Assembly: GCA_965112735.1 (NCBI GenBank)
Contig: OZ218958.1
Location: forward strand, 1,364,001-1,428,000
Source: Phaeosaccion multiseriatum
Lineage: Eukaryota; Protista; Ochrophyta, other classes
Direction: 5' to 3'
Length of the DNA: 64,000 bases
Below are positions 32,839-46,048 of this stretch, piece by piece. Under the pieces are notes generated by a model, which ran no database searches, had not been told where the DNA came from, and worked only from the letters and a program-made list of their open reading frames with translations. The position numbers were made by a program, and so were the translations under genes. The first letter of the stretch is position 1. Each line of letters opens with the position of its first letter.

Positions 32839-34373
32839 GCAGCAGCAGCGTCTTTCTCCTCCTGCTCTTGCGCCTCGAGCTTCCGTTGACGACGCCTTCG
32901 CTGCCTGCCCTTCTCCTCCTCAACCCCCCGCGCTCGTGCCTCGGCTGCTCTCTCCGCGTCGGCTGCTGCATTTCGCGCGGCGGTTTGCACCGCTGCTGCT
33001 GCTGTTGCTTCTCGTTGCTGCTGCTGCTCGTACTTCCGCCTCTGCTCCCTTCGCTGCCTCTCTGCGTGATCCTTCGCAGTAACGGCCGCGGCAACTGCTG
33101 CTGCTGTACCACCAACTGCTGCAGCTGCTGCTGTTGCCTCCCGTGCTCTCTGTTGATGTGGCCTGTGCGTCAGCGTCTGCTGCTGCTCAAGCTCCTCCCC
33201 TCCCACCTCCCTTGACCTACCCCTCTTGGGCCTCTCCAGGAAGGCATCCACTTCACCTCTGTCCACTCTGCTGCTGACTCTGCCAGCCGTGGTCTCACGC
33301 TCCTCTCCCTCTACGTGGCGACTCCGGCCGCGCTTCACCTTAGCACCTCCGCTGTCTGTCAAGGGACCTGTTGCCGCCTGCTTCTGTATCACCAACTCCT
33401 GCTCCTCCTGATGCGGTTTCACCAACTGCTGCTGCTGCGCGTTCTGGGCCGTCCGAGTATCGAGTAGCCCCTCGAGGGATTGGGCGGGTAACGGCACTGA
33501 TCCAAGCGCAATGCTTCTTGCCCTGGCCTCTGTTGTTGTTGCGGCTTGTGGTGGTGCTGCTGCTGCATGTGTCTCTTCTCGTGCTCTCCGCTGCTGTCCG
33601 AGGGGGGCAGGAGGGACAGGATAGTGCCAATGCACGCAGAGAGGCAGGGGGGTGGCGAGATGAGGTGAGGGGGGCGCATACATCAAATACACAACACCGA
33701 GGTTACCAAGGTTCGGTTCAAACACGGTCACACTAAGACTAAAAGCAAAAAAGAACTGATGGCAAGGGAGAACGAAACTACTGCCTACTAGGGCTTGACT
33801 CTCGATTGGATTTCGCGCTCCGAACTTGGATTCCTCCGTATGCACTGCCTGCATGTGTCGTCTCTATGTGTACACCCCCCCCCCCCATTGACATACTACA
33901 CCCATCCATTGACATACTCCACCCACCCATTGACATATTGCACCTGTAGGTCTTTGTCTTCCTCCCTCTCCTGCCTGTCCATCTCCCGCTGCTGCCTGAG
34001 CTGCTGCTGCATCTTCTTCAGCGCCTCCTGCTTGGCCTTTCGCTGGTCGCGAGCGTCTTCCATGGCTGCCAACTGTGACATGGACCCGGGTGTGCGTGTG
34101 TGCGTGTGTGTGTGCGTGTGTGTGTGCGTGTCCCAGGGTAGGGTAGGACGCAAGGAAGTTGGGGTGGGGGGGGGGAGGTTGGAGGGCGGGAGAGAGCGAG
34201 AAGGGGGGGGGGGGGGTGGGGAACAGGGGTGTTAGGCACTGCGAGCACAAAGATGAGTAAACGCCACCACCACCAAACCCGCCTGCATCAACGTAGAGAC
34301 GGCAATCATACCGTACCTACGGCACAAACAGAATGGAAGCACAGGTACCCACACGAACGGTGAATAAGTCAAG

Positions 34374-34405
<32 letters not shown>

Positions 34406-35570
34406 GGGAGGAAGAAAGCACACACTGAACACTTGACACTGATGCTTGACACTGATGCTTGACACTGAGACGGGGAGTCGCCTTGGTCTGGACACACAAA
34501 TCAATGTATGTGTATTACGACCAAGGTCTTCAACTCACGTCAGCTCTGTGCTGCAAAGTAGCTATAAAGCCCCCAACCCACCCCATCCTTCCCCTCCCTC
34601 CTCCCTCCTTCCCTCCCTCCCTCCCTCCCTCCTTCCCTCCCTCCCTCCCTCTCTCCGTCCTTCCCTCCCTCCCTCCCTCCCTTCCTTCCTCCCTCCCCCT
34701 TTTCAATGCATCCTTTTGTGCCACAGCCAGCCATTTCCACGAGACCCTTCCAAGTCAGAAGATATACGCCATCTTTTCAAAGACAAGCTCAATTCCCTCC
34801 TCCTCCTCCTCCTCCTCCTCCTCCTCCTCCTCCCTACTGCCTCCACCAACCCCACCCTCCTCGACCCCACCCCTTGCCAAGGCCACTGGCAAGCCTGCCA
34901 TGCCCCCCTCCCGCACCTCTCGTTGTATCTTTTGCCTCTCTGCTGCCCGAGGCCCCTCCTCCTCCTCCTGCTGCTGCTGCTGCTGCTGCTGCTGTATCAT
35001 CAACTGCTGTGGCTGCTGCTCCCTCCCCTTCGTACGCAGCCTACTCCCTCCCTCGTCGGCTTCCCCATACGCCCGGGCGGGCGCAGGGTTGACGGTAGGG
35101 GCCACTCGTGTAATCTTGATCCGAGACGGTACGGCAAGTGGTGATCCAACGTTGCTGCCAGTTGCAGTTCCTGCCGCAGACGACGGGACTTTGGGAGCCA
35201 AGGCCTCGTCCACGGAGAGGCTCCCGTCGATGACTTGGCGGATGCTGAGGCCTCTTGCGGCAGCTTCGATGGTACGGACCATCCTGTCGTTGTTCAAAGG
35301 TCGAGTTGAAGTTGAAGATCGTTTTGCCATTGCGTGGAGAAAACGAGGGGGCCACAAAGGGGTGGCGGTGGTGGTGGTGGTGGAGGAGGAGGAGGAGGGG
35401 GAGGAGGAGGAGGATGAACAGGGGGATGGGGAATATGAGCAGAATGAGTGGTGGTGGTGGAGGAGGGAGGAGGAGAAGGAGCGGTTGCCCACGGCGTTCT
35501 CTCTCTCTCTCTCGCCCTCTCTCTCTCTACCTCTCTCTCTCTTTCTCTCTCTCTCGCCCTATCTCTCTCT

Positions 35571-35601
<31 letters not shown>

Positions 35602-38600
35602 GCCCTCTCCCTCACCTGCGTGGCCTGGGCTGGTTCTGGGGCTCCTCAAAGAGTCTAATGTCCCTACCGCTGCCCTCCTCCTTGCCCCTGAACAACACCT
35701 CGCCAGACCCCTGCAGGAGGAGACAACGAGGAGGAAGAGGAGTGTTTGTTTCTGAGAGTAGGCTAGAGAGACACAAAGACGGTACATGTTTTTTGCTTTC
35801 GTCTTTCCGCGAAGTCCGCTTCCGCTTGACAACAGAACGACGGAGCATGAGAGGAATGTTTCCGTCTCGTCGTTCGCTACGCCTCCGCGCCGCCCGCCCC
35901 TCACCCTCACCCGCCCACCTCACCCCCCCCCCTCCCCATGCACCTACAAGCCTGCCCACCTCAACCCCACCCACCGCAGCCCCCGCCCTTCCACTCTGCT
36001 CCTCCCTTGCCTCTCACCTCAACGCCCAGCCCATACGCTCCCAACGCATCGAGGCATTCGTCCATGTCTTCGAAACAGAGCAAGTCCATCACCTCCCCCA
36101 CCTCTACACCACGCATAGCACTCATCACCTGAGCGAGTTGGTGATACAGAGGGAGGGAGGGACGGAGGGAGGGAGGGAGAGAAGGAGGAGGAGGGGTGGG
36201 GAGGGGAAGGGAGTGAGGGGAGCGAGGGTCGGATTGAGGTAGGTGCGTGTGTCGGGATGGGGTGAGGTGAGGTGAGCGGAGAGAGAGTGGAGAGGAGAGG
36301 AGAGAACATGACGTGACGTGAGACAAGGAAGGTCTCCTCCCTCCTTCCCTCCCTTCTCCCGTCCTTCCTCGCCTCCCTCCCTCTGTATCACCAATGCACT
36401 CACCTTGAGCGCCTTTCCGCGCATCATGGGTACATACCGGAACATTCCGCAGCGCACGAGATATGGGGCGCACCGCAGAATCTTGAAGAATTTGGCAAAG
36501 TTATTCTCTTGCATCGCTGACATGACCTGTTGGTGATACGGCATGGGACAGCAGTTGGTGATACAGCACAGCACAAGCACAGCACAGCACAGAAGGGTGG
36601 GAGGGGGAAGGGAATGAAGAGGCAGAGAGGGATGAAAGGGAGGGGGGGGGGGGGGCAGAAGAGAGAGAGGTTTTGTGTGAAGAGAGAGTTGCCGCAGCGA
36701 GGCACTAAAACAGTCCGAAACATGGAAACCTTTCTACATGCGTGCACACGCACCCACACGCACACGCACACGCACCCACACGCACACACACACACACGCA
36801 CCTGCAGTGTGCGCTTGACCCACGGGCTTCGAAACACGGCAGGAGCCTCTACGGACAGCGTCTGGCAATAGTTGAGTACGGACATACCTGTCACGAAGCC
36901 GATGCAGCCCAGGCCAGGGAGGAAGGTGAGAGAGTAAGTTAGTGAGTGAGTGAGTGAGTGAGGAGTATCTCAAAGCCCAGACCACACACATGACACACAT
37001 ACACATACAAGCACACACACACACACACACATACACAAGGTCACACGTAAGGTCACGTAAGGTCACGTAAGCTCACACGTAAGTCCGCTCACACCCACCT
37101 CCCTCCTGCGTGAGCGTGATGAGCATGAAATAGGAGCGCATTTCCGCCTCGTGTGGACTGATCAACCCCTGCCCATATGCCTCTGCGTCCCCTGCCCCTG
37201 CTTGGGCCTGGGCCTGCCCTTGGCCGGTGTGGCCGGTGCTGTGCTCCACCTTCTCTCGGGCGGATATGTAGAGGTCACTGAGGGCCTTGAGGGTGGCCAC
37301 GAGCTCCTGTTGGTAGTGGGATGGTGAGCATGATATAAAAAAGGTATATGGGTATGCGAAAGGCAGGAATGAGAGGGTGTGATATGAAAACAAAAACTGA
37401 AACGTCATTTAGTCTAGAATGGACACATGCCTTTCTTGGACGGGAACCACACACTCTGGAACCGCCCGTATCGGATCGGACGCATGCCCTGACTGAGCTC
37501 AAACCCCTTCTTCTTCTTCCTCTTCCTCCTCCTCCTTCTCCTCCTCTTCCTTCTCCTTCTCTTCCTCCTCCTCCTCCTCCTCCTCCTCCTTCTTCTTCTT
37601 CTTCTTCTCCTCCTCCTCCTCCTCGTCCTCCTCCTCCTCCTCCTCCTCCTCCTCCTTCTCCTCCTCCTTCTCCTCATCCTCCTCCTGCTGCCTACCTGCC
37701 CACGTACCCTTCCCCTACCTTCATGTTCTGTGGGGCATTGTTGCCTGCCTCGTAGTCTGCGTTACCCCACATTCGGTGGTCCATGGCCAGGAGCCATCGC
37801 CCCACGTGTTCGAAGACACGCAGGGCTCCCGCGTCCACAGCACCTACACTCAAATTATAGCCCTGTAGAGGGGGTGTAGAGGGGGGGAAGAGGAGGAGGA
37901 GGAGGAGGAGGAGGGGGAGGAGGAGGAGGAGGAGGAGGAGGAGGGGGAGGAGGAGGAGGAGGAGGAGGAGGAGGAGGAGGAGGAGGAGGAGGAGGAGGAG
38001 GGTGGGTGCGGGGAGTGGGAGGAGAGCCAGGGGAAGAAAGGGTCTACTAAGGAAGGGGAATAAGAGGACTCTGGGCAGCGAATGAGAGGGACGAGAATGG
38101 GGCCATCACACGACAGTTACTCTCTCTCTCTCTGGGCCGTCGTCGCCAGCCCCTACCTGCATGTTGTAATCCGATCGAATCATCCGCGTGCGGTCCCAAA
38201 GGAACTTGTACACAGCGCCTGCAAATGGACAACAAATGGACAGCAAATTGACAGCAAAGAGACAATTAAGTACGAGCGGATAGAGGGTTAGTCGTGTTAG
38301 TTTGGTGCAAAAGCATACGTGAACATTCAATTCAGTTAAGCAGGTGTGCCAAGAATGAAAGGAGAAAATAGTTCCTCCCCCCTCTCCTTTCGCCTCCCTC
38401 GCTCCCTCCCCTCCCTCCTCTCCTCATCCACTACCTCACTCACTCACTCACCCCACACACTCCCTCTCTCTCTCTCACTCACTCACTCACTCACTCACTC
38501 ACTAACTCACTCACTCTCTCAGTCCCTAAGTCACTCACTCACTCACTCTCTCAGTCACTCACTTGCTCACCCATTCATCCCACACGCTCACTCACTCACT

Positions 38601-41377
38601 CACTCACTCTCTCAGTCACTCACTCACTCACTCACTCACTTTCTCAGTCACTCTCTCAGTCACTCACTCAGTCACTCACTCACTCACTCACTCTCTCAGT
38701 CACTCAGTCACTCAGTCACTGACTAACTCACTCACTCACTCTCTCTCTCAGTCACTCACTCACTCACTCACTCACCTGAGGCCATATCCTCCCCATCCGG
38801 CATATCGAGCCATCCCCTCTTGACCGCCATGTCCCACACCCTGGCGTCGTTGCCCCCCTCCCCCTTGGATACGTCCAGATGGCAGTCCATGCAGTACTCC
38901 TCGAGGTACTTCATTGTCTTCTCCAGCCACTCGGGAGGCCGCACGAGCTCGGGGAGATTGAGCTGTGGGAGGAGGGGACACGCACGCACACACAGGCACG
39001 CAATACAGACGTACGCACGCACGCGCGCGCACATGCACACGTACACACACAACGAGAATGTCAAGGTGAAAGGTAAAAAGGTTACGGTCCCCCGACAGAG
39101 GCAAGTAACGGAGCAGAAATGCCATCAAATGCCATCCCGGCGTGCGGATGACGAATGAGAGAAGACCAAAGACTATCCACATGTACATGTATATATATAT
39201 ATACACAGAGAGAGAGCGACTTCCCTCCCTCCCCTCCCTCCCGTCCCTCTCTCCACAAAACTCTCACCTTCTCTCCTGCTGCACTCCTCTTAAACTCCTT
39301 CACCACGAGCTCTCTCACGCTCCAGGGCCTCTCCTTACCCAACTTGGGGTCCCATTTGGTGTGCTTGGGGGTCGGCATCTCCAACATCTTCAAGTCATTT
39401 GTCTTTTGGCCTCGCTCCTCCACCTCCCTCTCACTCGCCATCCCTCGGCACGCGCCCCTGACGACCTCTGCGTCATCGAGGTGGGTTTGCTTCCAGTGAG
39501 CGTCTGAAGGTAGACAGACAAAATGCATGCATGAGCAAGAGAGAGGGGGAGAGTGAAATGGATGAAATGGACAGAGAGAGGGGGGCGAAACAGACACAAG
39601 GAAGAGAGGGGGGCGGGGGGGGGGCAAAGAGAGGGGAGAGAGGAAGAGAGATGCAGGCGGGGCACAGGTGAGGGAGGGCCTTCACCTGCAGGCACGAATA
39701 CGTAAGTACCAGCAAGCGCCAAATTGCCTTTCTCCCATTGCTTTCCCTCCTCCTCCTCCTCCTCCTCCTCCTCCTCCTCCTCCCCCTCCTCCTCCCCCTC
39801 CTCCTCCCCCCCCCCTTCTCCTCGGTGGCCTCACCTGTGTGCCCCGCCAGCGTCGTCACAGTTGGCACAGGAGGTGCCGCTGCTTTCCTCTGCGCCTCTG
39901 CCTCGTTGCGAGCCGCCCACTTGGCCGAAGGCACCAGGCCACTAGAGGCAAGGATTCCCCCTCCTCCTCCTCCTCCTCCTCCTCCTCCTTCTCCTACAGA
40001 GCCCCTCCATCCCATGCCTTGTTGTCTCCCCGATGCACCCGAACCGAATCCACCTCGAATCACAGTTGGCTGTTGGTGCTGCTGCTGTTGCTGCCCCCCC
40101 TGTTGCACGTCCTCCTCCTCCTCCTCGTCCTCTTCGTCGTCCTTGTCCTCCTCATCGTCTTCCCCCCCCTCGTCGTCCTCCTCGTCATCCCCCCCCCCGC
40201 CTCTTCCTCCTCCTCCTCCTCCTCCTCCTCGCCCTCCGATAAAGGCTGGTGCTGCAGATGCAAGCATGGCACTTCTGCTGTCCTCGTCCAAACCGACAAT
40301 TGCGCCCGAGCGCCGCATCGAGGACGATGTGGACCCACCCACATCAAGCCCCACCACAGATGGCGATGACTGGCGAACCAACCCTCTCCCTGCCCCCTTT
40401 CCCCCTCGCCACCCTCCTCCTCCTCCTCCTCCTCCTCCTCCTCCTCCTCCTCCTCCCAAGAAAGTGGGAGGGGGCGGCTTTCCTGCGCTCTCCATCTGCT
40501 TCATCATCTCCTCGTCCATCCCTACCAGTCGAGAGGAGGATGCACGGGGGGGGGGCGAAGGAGCGCTCTGTTCAGTGTGAACATCCCCAGGCCCAGTCCC
40601 AGCAGCGTCTCCCACCCCTCCACCGAATCCGCTCCTCCGGCGTGTGGTGAGCAGCGGTTGTGCTTGCTGCTGTGTTTGCTGTGCCTGGCGCCCCCAGTCC
40701 TTCCTAGAGCCGCGGCCCCCGCCACTTGCACCCCCCCCACCACCACCTCCTCCTCGTCCTCCTCCTCCACCACCGAGTGAAGCTGCCGCCCCAGCACCGC
40801 TACTGCTGCTGCTGCCACCACTGCCGCCGCCGCGAGACTGAAAGCCACCCCCTGCCTTCTGTTGGAGGTAGTCCCTATACCCCATGCTCGCCCCTCCAGT
40901 GCCATCCGCCCCCTGCCCTTGCCCCTGTCCCTGTCCGTGTCGCGACGCTGCCTGTTGCCTCCCTTGGGCTAGTTCCGAGGGAGGAAGGGGCGGGGGGGAG
41001 GGGGTGGGGTCAACTTCAGGTTCAGTCGACAACACATGTACACACAGACCCACAGATACGGACACACACATAACACTTGACACACACACACACACACACA
41101 CACTGGTCACATTCGCTTCCAACATTCTTGAGAGTGGGGCGCCGCTGGGAGGGAAAGCACCACACATCTAAACCACGATACCATCTGTACCTGAAGGCGC
41201 CTGCTGTATCACCAACTGCTGCCCCTGCTGAGGCTGCTGTGACGGGCCTTTGGGCAGCTCCACCCCCCTCTCCCACACGCCACCCCCACTTGCACGGCCC
41301 GCGGCCGCGCCTCGGTTCTTGGAGCGCCGTGGGTCTTGCGGCCGATGCTGTTTTTGTTGTTGTTGTTGTGCCTCAGG

Positions 41378-41415
<38 letters not shown>

Positions 41416-42475
41416 GGCCGCGCCCTTGCCCGAAGGGGCTCTGCCCCCCCCGGAACCCTCCTCCGGCGGCCCCGAAACCACCTGCCCCTGTTGCTCCGAA
41501 ACCACTACTGGAGCTGTCCCCTCCTCTTACACTCAAAGCCTCGGGGGAACTTCCTCCTCCAACACCCCCGAACCCCCTCCCTGCTCCCCTGAAACCCCCT
41601 GCAGAGCTGCCAAATCCATCCGCCCCCCCCCCTCTTCCCGCCCTCCCGAAACCCTGCTGCTGCTGCTGCTGCTGCTGCCTTCCTCCCGATGATTTGTTTG
41701 TGAACCGTCCCGCTGTGCTCGCAGCCCCTCCCCCTCCAAAGCCGCTGGAGGATCCCCCCCACCCCCCCGTGCCAGCAGCAGCAGCTGCACTCGAAGACGA
41801 GCCTTCTCCTCGCCCTCCCGTCGTGTCAAATCCTTGAGGCTGCTGCTGCTGCTGCTGCTGCTGCTGACCGTGGGCATTCCCCCTTCCCCCAGCGCTGGCA
41901 GCCCCCCCCCTCCCTGGCGCTGCCCCTTTGCCAAAGCCAGCCCCACCGCCCCCCCCCCTCCCTCGCCCCCCCCAGGCTCCAGCGGAACTTCCTCCAAAGC
42001 CACTTCTCCCCCCAGTCCCTCCTGCCCAGGCCCCGACCCCAGCAGCACCGGCAGCAGCAACAGGAGAAGGAGCAGGCGCATTGCCTTTACCGCCTGCTCC
42101 TGCCCCGAAGGCCCCGCCAAAGTTTGTCGATCCTTTGCCAAAGCCTCCAGCGAACTCTCCCCGTTGAGGCAGTGGCGCCGGTTGTGGCAAAGCAGCCGGA
42201 GGGGGCATATTGGTGCTGCCACTGCCACTGCCACTCCCACCACCACCAAACCCCGAGCTCCCACCCCCGAAGCCACCGGCAAACGCATTGCTCCTCCCAA
42301 ATCCTCCTCCTGCTGCACCTCCAGTACCTCCCCCAAAGCCGGCACTCCCTCTTCCAGCCGAGGCAACTGCGCCAAACGAAGAGGGACTTGACGAGGAGGA
42401 AGCGGAGCCGAAGCCTCGACCGCTACCACCCCCGAACCCACCGCCCCCTCCTCCTCCGAACCCGCTCGGATTCAT
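28604..42475 (-). CDS. SAC3: SAC3/GANP-family mRNA export (TREX-2) scaffold protein; 15 exons, about 2,750 aa
   Basis: Exons 42475-41191, 40968-39835, 39503-39268, 38962-38776, 38218-38157, 37862-37719, 37306-37099, 36887-36802, 36526-36404, 36128-36018, 35710-35616, 35283-34917, 34072-33944, ~33593-32559, 31657-28604. SAC3_GANP motifs: [79 protein letters not shown]-terminus is FG/GFG-rich; C-terminal region has FWKLLV. Confidence 0.9.
36129..36403 (-). mobile_element. Introner-like intron with ~32-bp terminal inverted repeats
   Basis: The 5' end GTGAGTGCATTGGTGATACAGAGGGAGGGAGG matches the reverse complement of the 3' end, CTGAGCGAGTTGGTGATACAGAGGGAGGGAGG, at 28/32 positions. AG|GTGA occurs at both junctions. 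Confidence 0.45.
38430..38775. repeat. (TCAC)n intronic microsatellite (GTGA on the gene's sense strand)
   Basis: Direct inspection. Confidence 0.9.
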
Positions 42476-42940
42476 TGTGAGACTTGATCTTCTACACTTT
42501 GGAGGAAGCAGGTGTGCATCCTACTGGCCTCATCGGCTTCGCCCTCTCTTCCCTACTATGGAAAGCAAAGCCTGCGGCACGCACATGCCGATACTTATAT
42601 ATCATCCTTTTACCAATTGATTATCACCGATTGCAACAATTTGATCAATTCATGGAAAAAGATTACGTAAATTTACGTGTGCGTTGGCTTTTGGGGAAAA
42701 GCTCCTCACAGAGGGGATCGCGAAGGAACAGAAGACAGTTAAGGGGGGAGAAAGGGCAATTGAAGAAAGGAGAGGCTGTCGTTGTCTCTCACCAGCTTTG
42801 CTTGCTTCAGATAGACCTTTGTGCCCCGCGTTTCGGCTCTGCACACAAGGGCTCTGGGTGAGCAAGGAGCGGGGCCCAGAAGACAGGCAGGACATATTGG
42901 AGTGTGGCACAACAGCAGCAGAGTCTCGCGCGAGGAGAGC
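42476..42940. promoter_or_regulatory. Divergent intergenic region between SAC3 and the UBTD-like gene (putative bidirectional promoter)
   Basis: Head-to-head ATGs 465 bp apart, with an AT-richer core at about 42590-42690. Confidence 0.5.
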
Positions 42941-45319
42941 ATGGGATGCACAAACTCTACAGATGCGGCGGCGAGGAGGCAGATGGGGAGCGGGGATGGC
43001 TTGGACGAGGCGCCGACGGAGATGATCGGTGAAGGTGAGCGTGCTGACGGGAGGGGAAAAGAATTGACGAATTGACGATCAATTGACACGGTTGTTGGAC
43101 GAGGGACTTGTCAGCGACTGCCTTGAAAGGGGGGCTGGGTAGGGGGAGGTGGTGAGGGGGGGACGTGTCTGGGGCTGAGTGTGGAGGAATAGTGTCAAAG
43201 CGGGTGGATCGGTGCGTTGCATCACCCCTCGTCATCGTCAAGGGGGTTGGAGAGGAGGCTACGACCACAACGAGTCACACGTACCGCCTGGAGTAGGGTG
43301 GGGCTCGTGCATGTCGTAGGACAGCGCAGCCAGCATCCTTGGAGTAGGAGTAAGCAAGACCCTCTAACGCCCCTCCGCCTTGCACGAATGCTTTCCTTCC
43401 GACGTGTCTGGCAGTTGTGGCTGGGGCCGGCCTGTCCCACCCTGCACCGTGGCGCCACGGAGAGGCGATCACGCGGTACGAGCTAAATCAGAAGAGGGAG
43501 GAGTTCTACCACACGCGGACTGACGGCAGCGCTGTCATCTGGCAGAACATAAAGGTTAGGGAAGGAGGCAGGCCGGGCGGGGGCGACAGGGAGGGAGAGA
43601 GGGAGAGGGTGAAGAAGGAGGGTTGGAGGGGGCAGAGATGGAGGGAGGGAGGGCAGGGAGGGAGGGAGGGAGGGAGGGAGGGCAGTTGGCAGAGCTTAGG
43701 CGGAGGAGCCCCTGGCGTGCTGCTGCTGCTCTCCACCTCCTCTGTACTCCACATGTTCATGAGGAACTACAAGCTCTGTTCCAGTCAAAACGCGGGAAAC
43801 AAGCTTTGATTCATGCTTGGAAGTGTAGTAACAACCTCAGCTGCCTCCCCTTCCCTTTGCCCCCCCCCCCTTGCCTGCCACCGCCTTCGCCCTTTGCACC
43901 CCCTTTGCCGGAGTGAACAGTTTGCTGCCGAGGCCCTGCTCGCCGGCGATGAAGTGCTGTGCAAGACCATCATCGAGGCCAGCAACATGAAGTGTCCTAC
44001 GGGAACCCTAGACCTCTTTTACGACGAGCTGGGCCACGCCTACAAGGTGCGTGAGTGCGTGCGTGCGTGCGTGCTGCATGCATATGAGTGCGGGAGTGGC
44101 TGCTTGAGAAGGCGTAAATGGAGACGCCTTCAAATCTCCTTCTTTTCTCTCCTCTTGCCGGCTGTCAGACTCGCCTTCCTATCGTCACCTTTTACTTCCC
44201 ATCCCCCTCACTTTCGTCTCCTCCCACTCGCCCTCCATCCCCTCCCTCTCTCCCCGTCTCCCCCCCCCCTCTCCCCCTCCCCCTCCCCCCCCCCCCTTAC
44301 CTCCCTCCCCTTCCCCTCTTCTTCCCTGCCCAGGTGCCCAGGTACTTATTCAGCAACCCCATGGACATGGTGGAGGGTAAGATGGGCGCTACTGGCGCAC
44401 CTCTCAGTGGAGTCAAGAAGGTCCCACTCAGCGTGGTGTCCTGCCCCACCACCGTCAGGATGCAAGTCGCCCCTCTGGTACGTAGCGTAATTGTAGCCTA
44501 TATGCACACGTATGTGCATATGTATGCGCGTATGTACGTACGCAAGGAAAGGGTCCGTGCGTGCTCGCTTGCCCTCGGGGTGGACGGGCCGATGGCAGTC
44601 CATGTATGCGTTGGGACTCTGAGCTCTCTGCCTACGTGTACTTATTTAGTTGTGTTGTCTGCTGTGAAGCCCCATTCAATTATGACCCGACTACCCCTGC
44701 TTACACAGGAGCTCTGGGACATTGTTGCGATTCTCTCGGGGAGGGGATGCTTGTGTCCGCTGTGTGTCTTACTGTGTGTCTTTTGCCCCTTTGCATGGAA
44801 GACAGGCCCCTATCCATACATCTATCCATCCATCTTTCCATCCACGATCGATCTATCATGCTCACCCCTCCCGCTCCTCTTTCTCCCTGCTTCTTTCCGT
44901 GTTCCTCCTCGACTACACACCTTCTGCTTCTACTCTGCTGTTTCTACTCGTTGCATTGTTTTTCTCAGGAGAAGACTTACGAGGTGAGGTTGGACCTAAC
45001 GTCGACGATTTTGGAGCTCAAGGAGGCACTAAACACACACCTCAAAGAGTCGGCTGCTGGAAAGGCGAGTACAAATACCAAGGAAGATGAGGATCGAAGT
45101 GCAACAGCAGCAGCAGCAGCAGCAGCAGGAGGAGGAGGAGGAGGAGACGGGGGGAAGGTTGTTGAAAGGGGAAACGGCCTTGAGCCCTCTGAGCTTCCCG
45201 TGTGGAGGCAGAGGGTGGTGTATCAGGGCAAGGAGCTGTCAGATAGTATGCGGATTAGCCAGGCCGGGGTGGACCCAAACTTTGTGATGCAGGTGTATCT
45301 GCGACCCAAGCAGGCCTGA
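42941..45319 (+). CDS. Ubiquitin domain-containing protein, UBTD1/UBTD2 (DC-UbP) family; 5 exons
   Basis: Exons 42941-43034, 43415-43554, 43921-44046, 44334-44477, 44969-45319. N-terminal MGC acylation-type motif. UBTD N-domain motifs LNQKREEFYHTR, IWQNIK and GTLDLFYDELGHAYKVPRYLFSNP. C-terminal ubiquitin-like domain (TILELKEAL...QRVVYQGKELSD...VMQVY). Confidence 0.88.
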
Positions 45320-45444
45320 GGGGCTGTCTTTCTCTACCTCTCTCCCTCTCTCTCGTATGGGCCTTGTAGGAGGCACTTGCGGCGTGAGGGGAGGAGAGAG
45401 GGCAGCTCCCCTATGAGCGGCAGCGTCAGCAGTAGTTGGTGATA

Positions 45445-45480
<36 letters not shown>

Positions 45481-46014
45481 TTGGTGATACAGCAGCAGCA
45501 GCAGCAGCAGCAGCACGGGGAGCAGTAGTGGTAGGAGAGGAGGAGGAAGAGGAGGAGGAGGAGGAGGAGGAGGAGGAGGGGCGCCCAGGGGCTCGGCCTC
45601 ATTGCCTCGCGCGTTTTTTCAGGTGGCAATGCGCAAGAGCAGGGAATGTGCACGAGCCCCACGGGGTGCCCTTCCTGTGGCCTTTAAGGGCCCTTCCTGT
45701 GGCCTTTGCGTGCCCTTCCTGTGGCCCACCCGCCTGCGTCGTGTGTGTGAAGGCCCGGCAGCCGGAAGAGGGGGGGCGGAAGTTTTGTGGTGTTGTGTGG
45801 TTTTGGTTTTTTGAATCCCATCACGTGGGTCGTCGCCATGGGGGGGTGTCGATTGCATTTTGTTCTGTGTAGCTGAGACGAGAACCGCTACTGGGAGGGA
45901 GGGAGGGGGAGGAAAGGGGTGGGGACGTTCCTCCATCGCTTTCCTCGGCTAGAGAGCAGGGGGTCGGATGGTCCAGGAGAGGAGCCGCTCTGCAGAGAAG
46001 TTGGTGATACAGCC

Positions 46015-46048
<34 letters not shown>

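Noticed and set aside
36114-36526. Two consecutive SAC3 exons both start VMSAM (possible exon duplication or mutually exclusive exons)
   Set aside because: Codons differ, similarity ends after five residues, and both exons fit successive parts of the SAC3 domain.
41191-42475. GFG-rich ORF as a separate nucleoporin or glycine-rich gene
   Set aside because: It splices in frame into SAC3/GANP, a family known to carry N-terminal FG-like regions.
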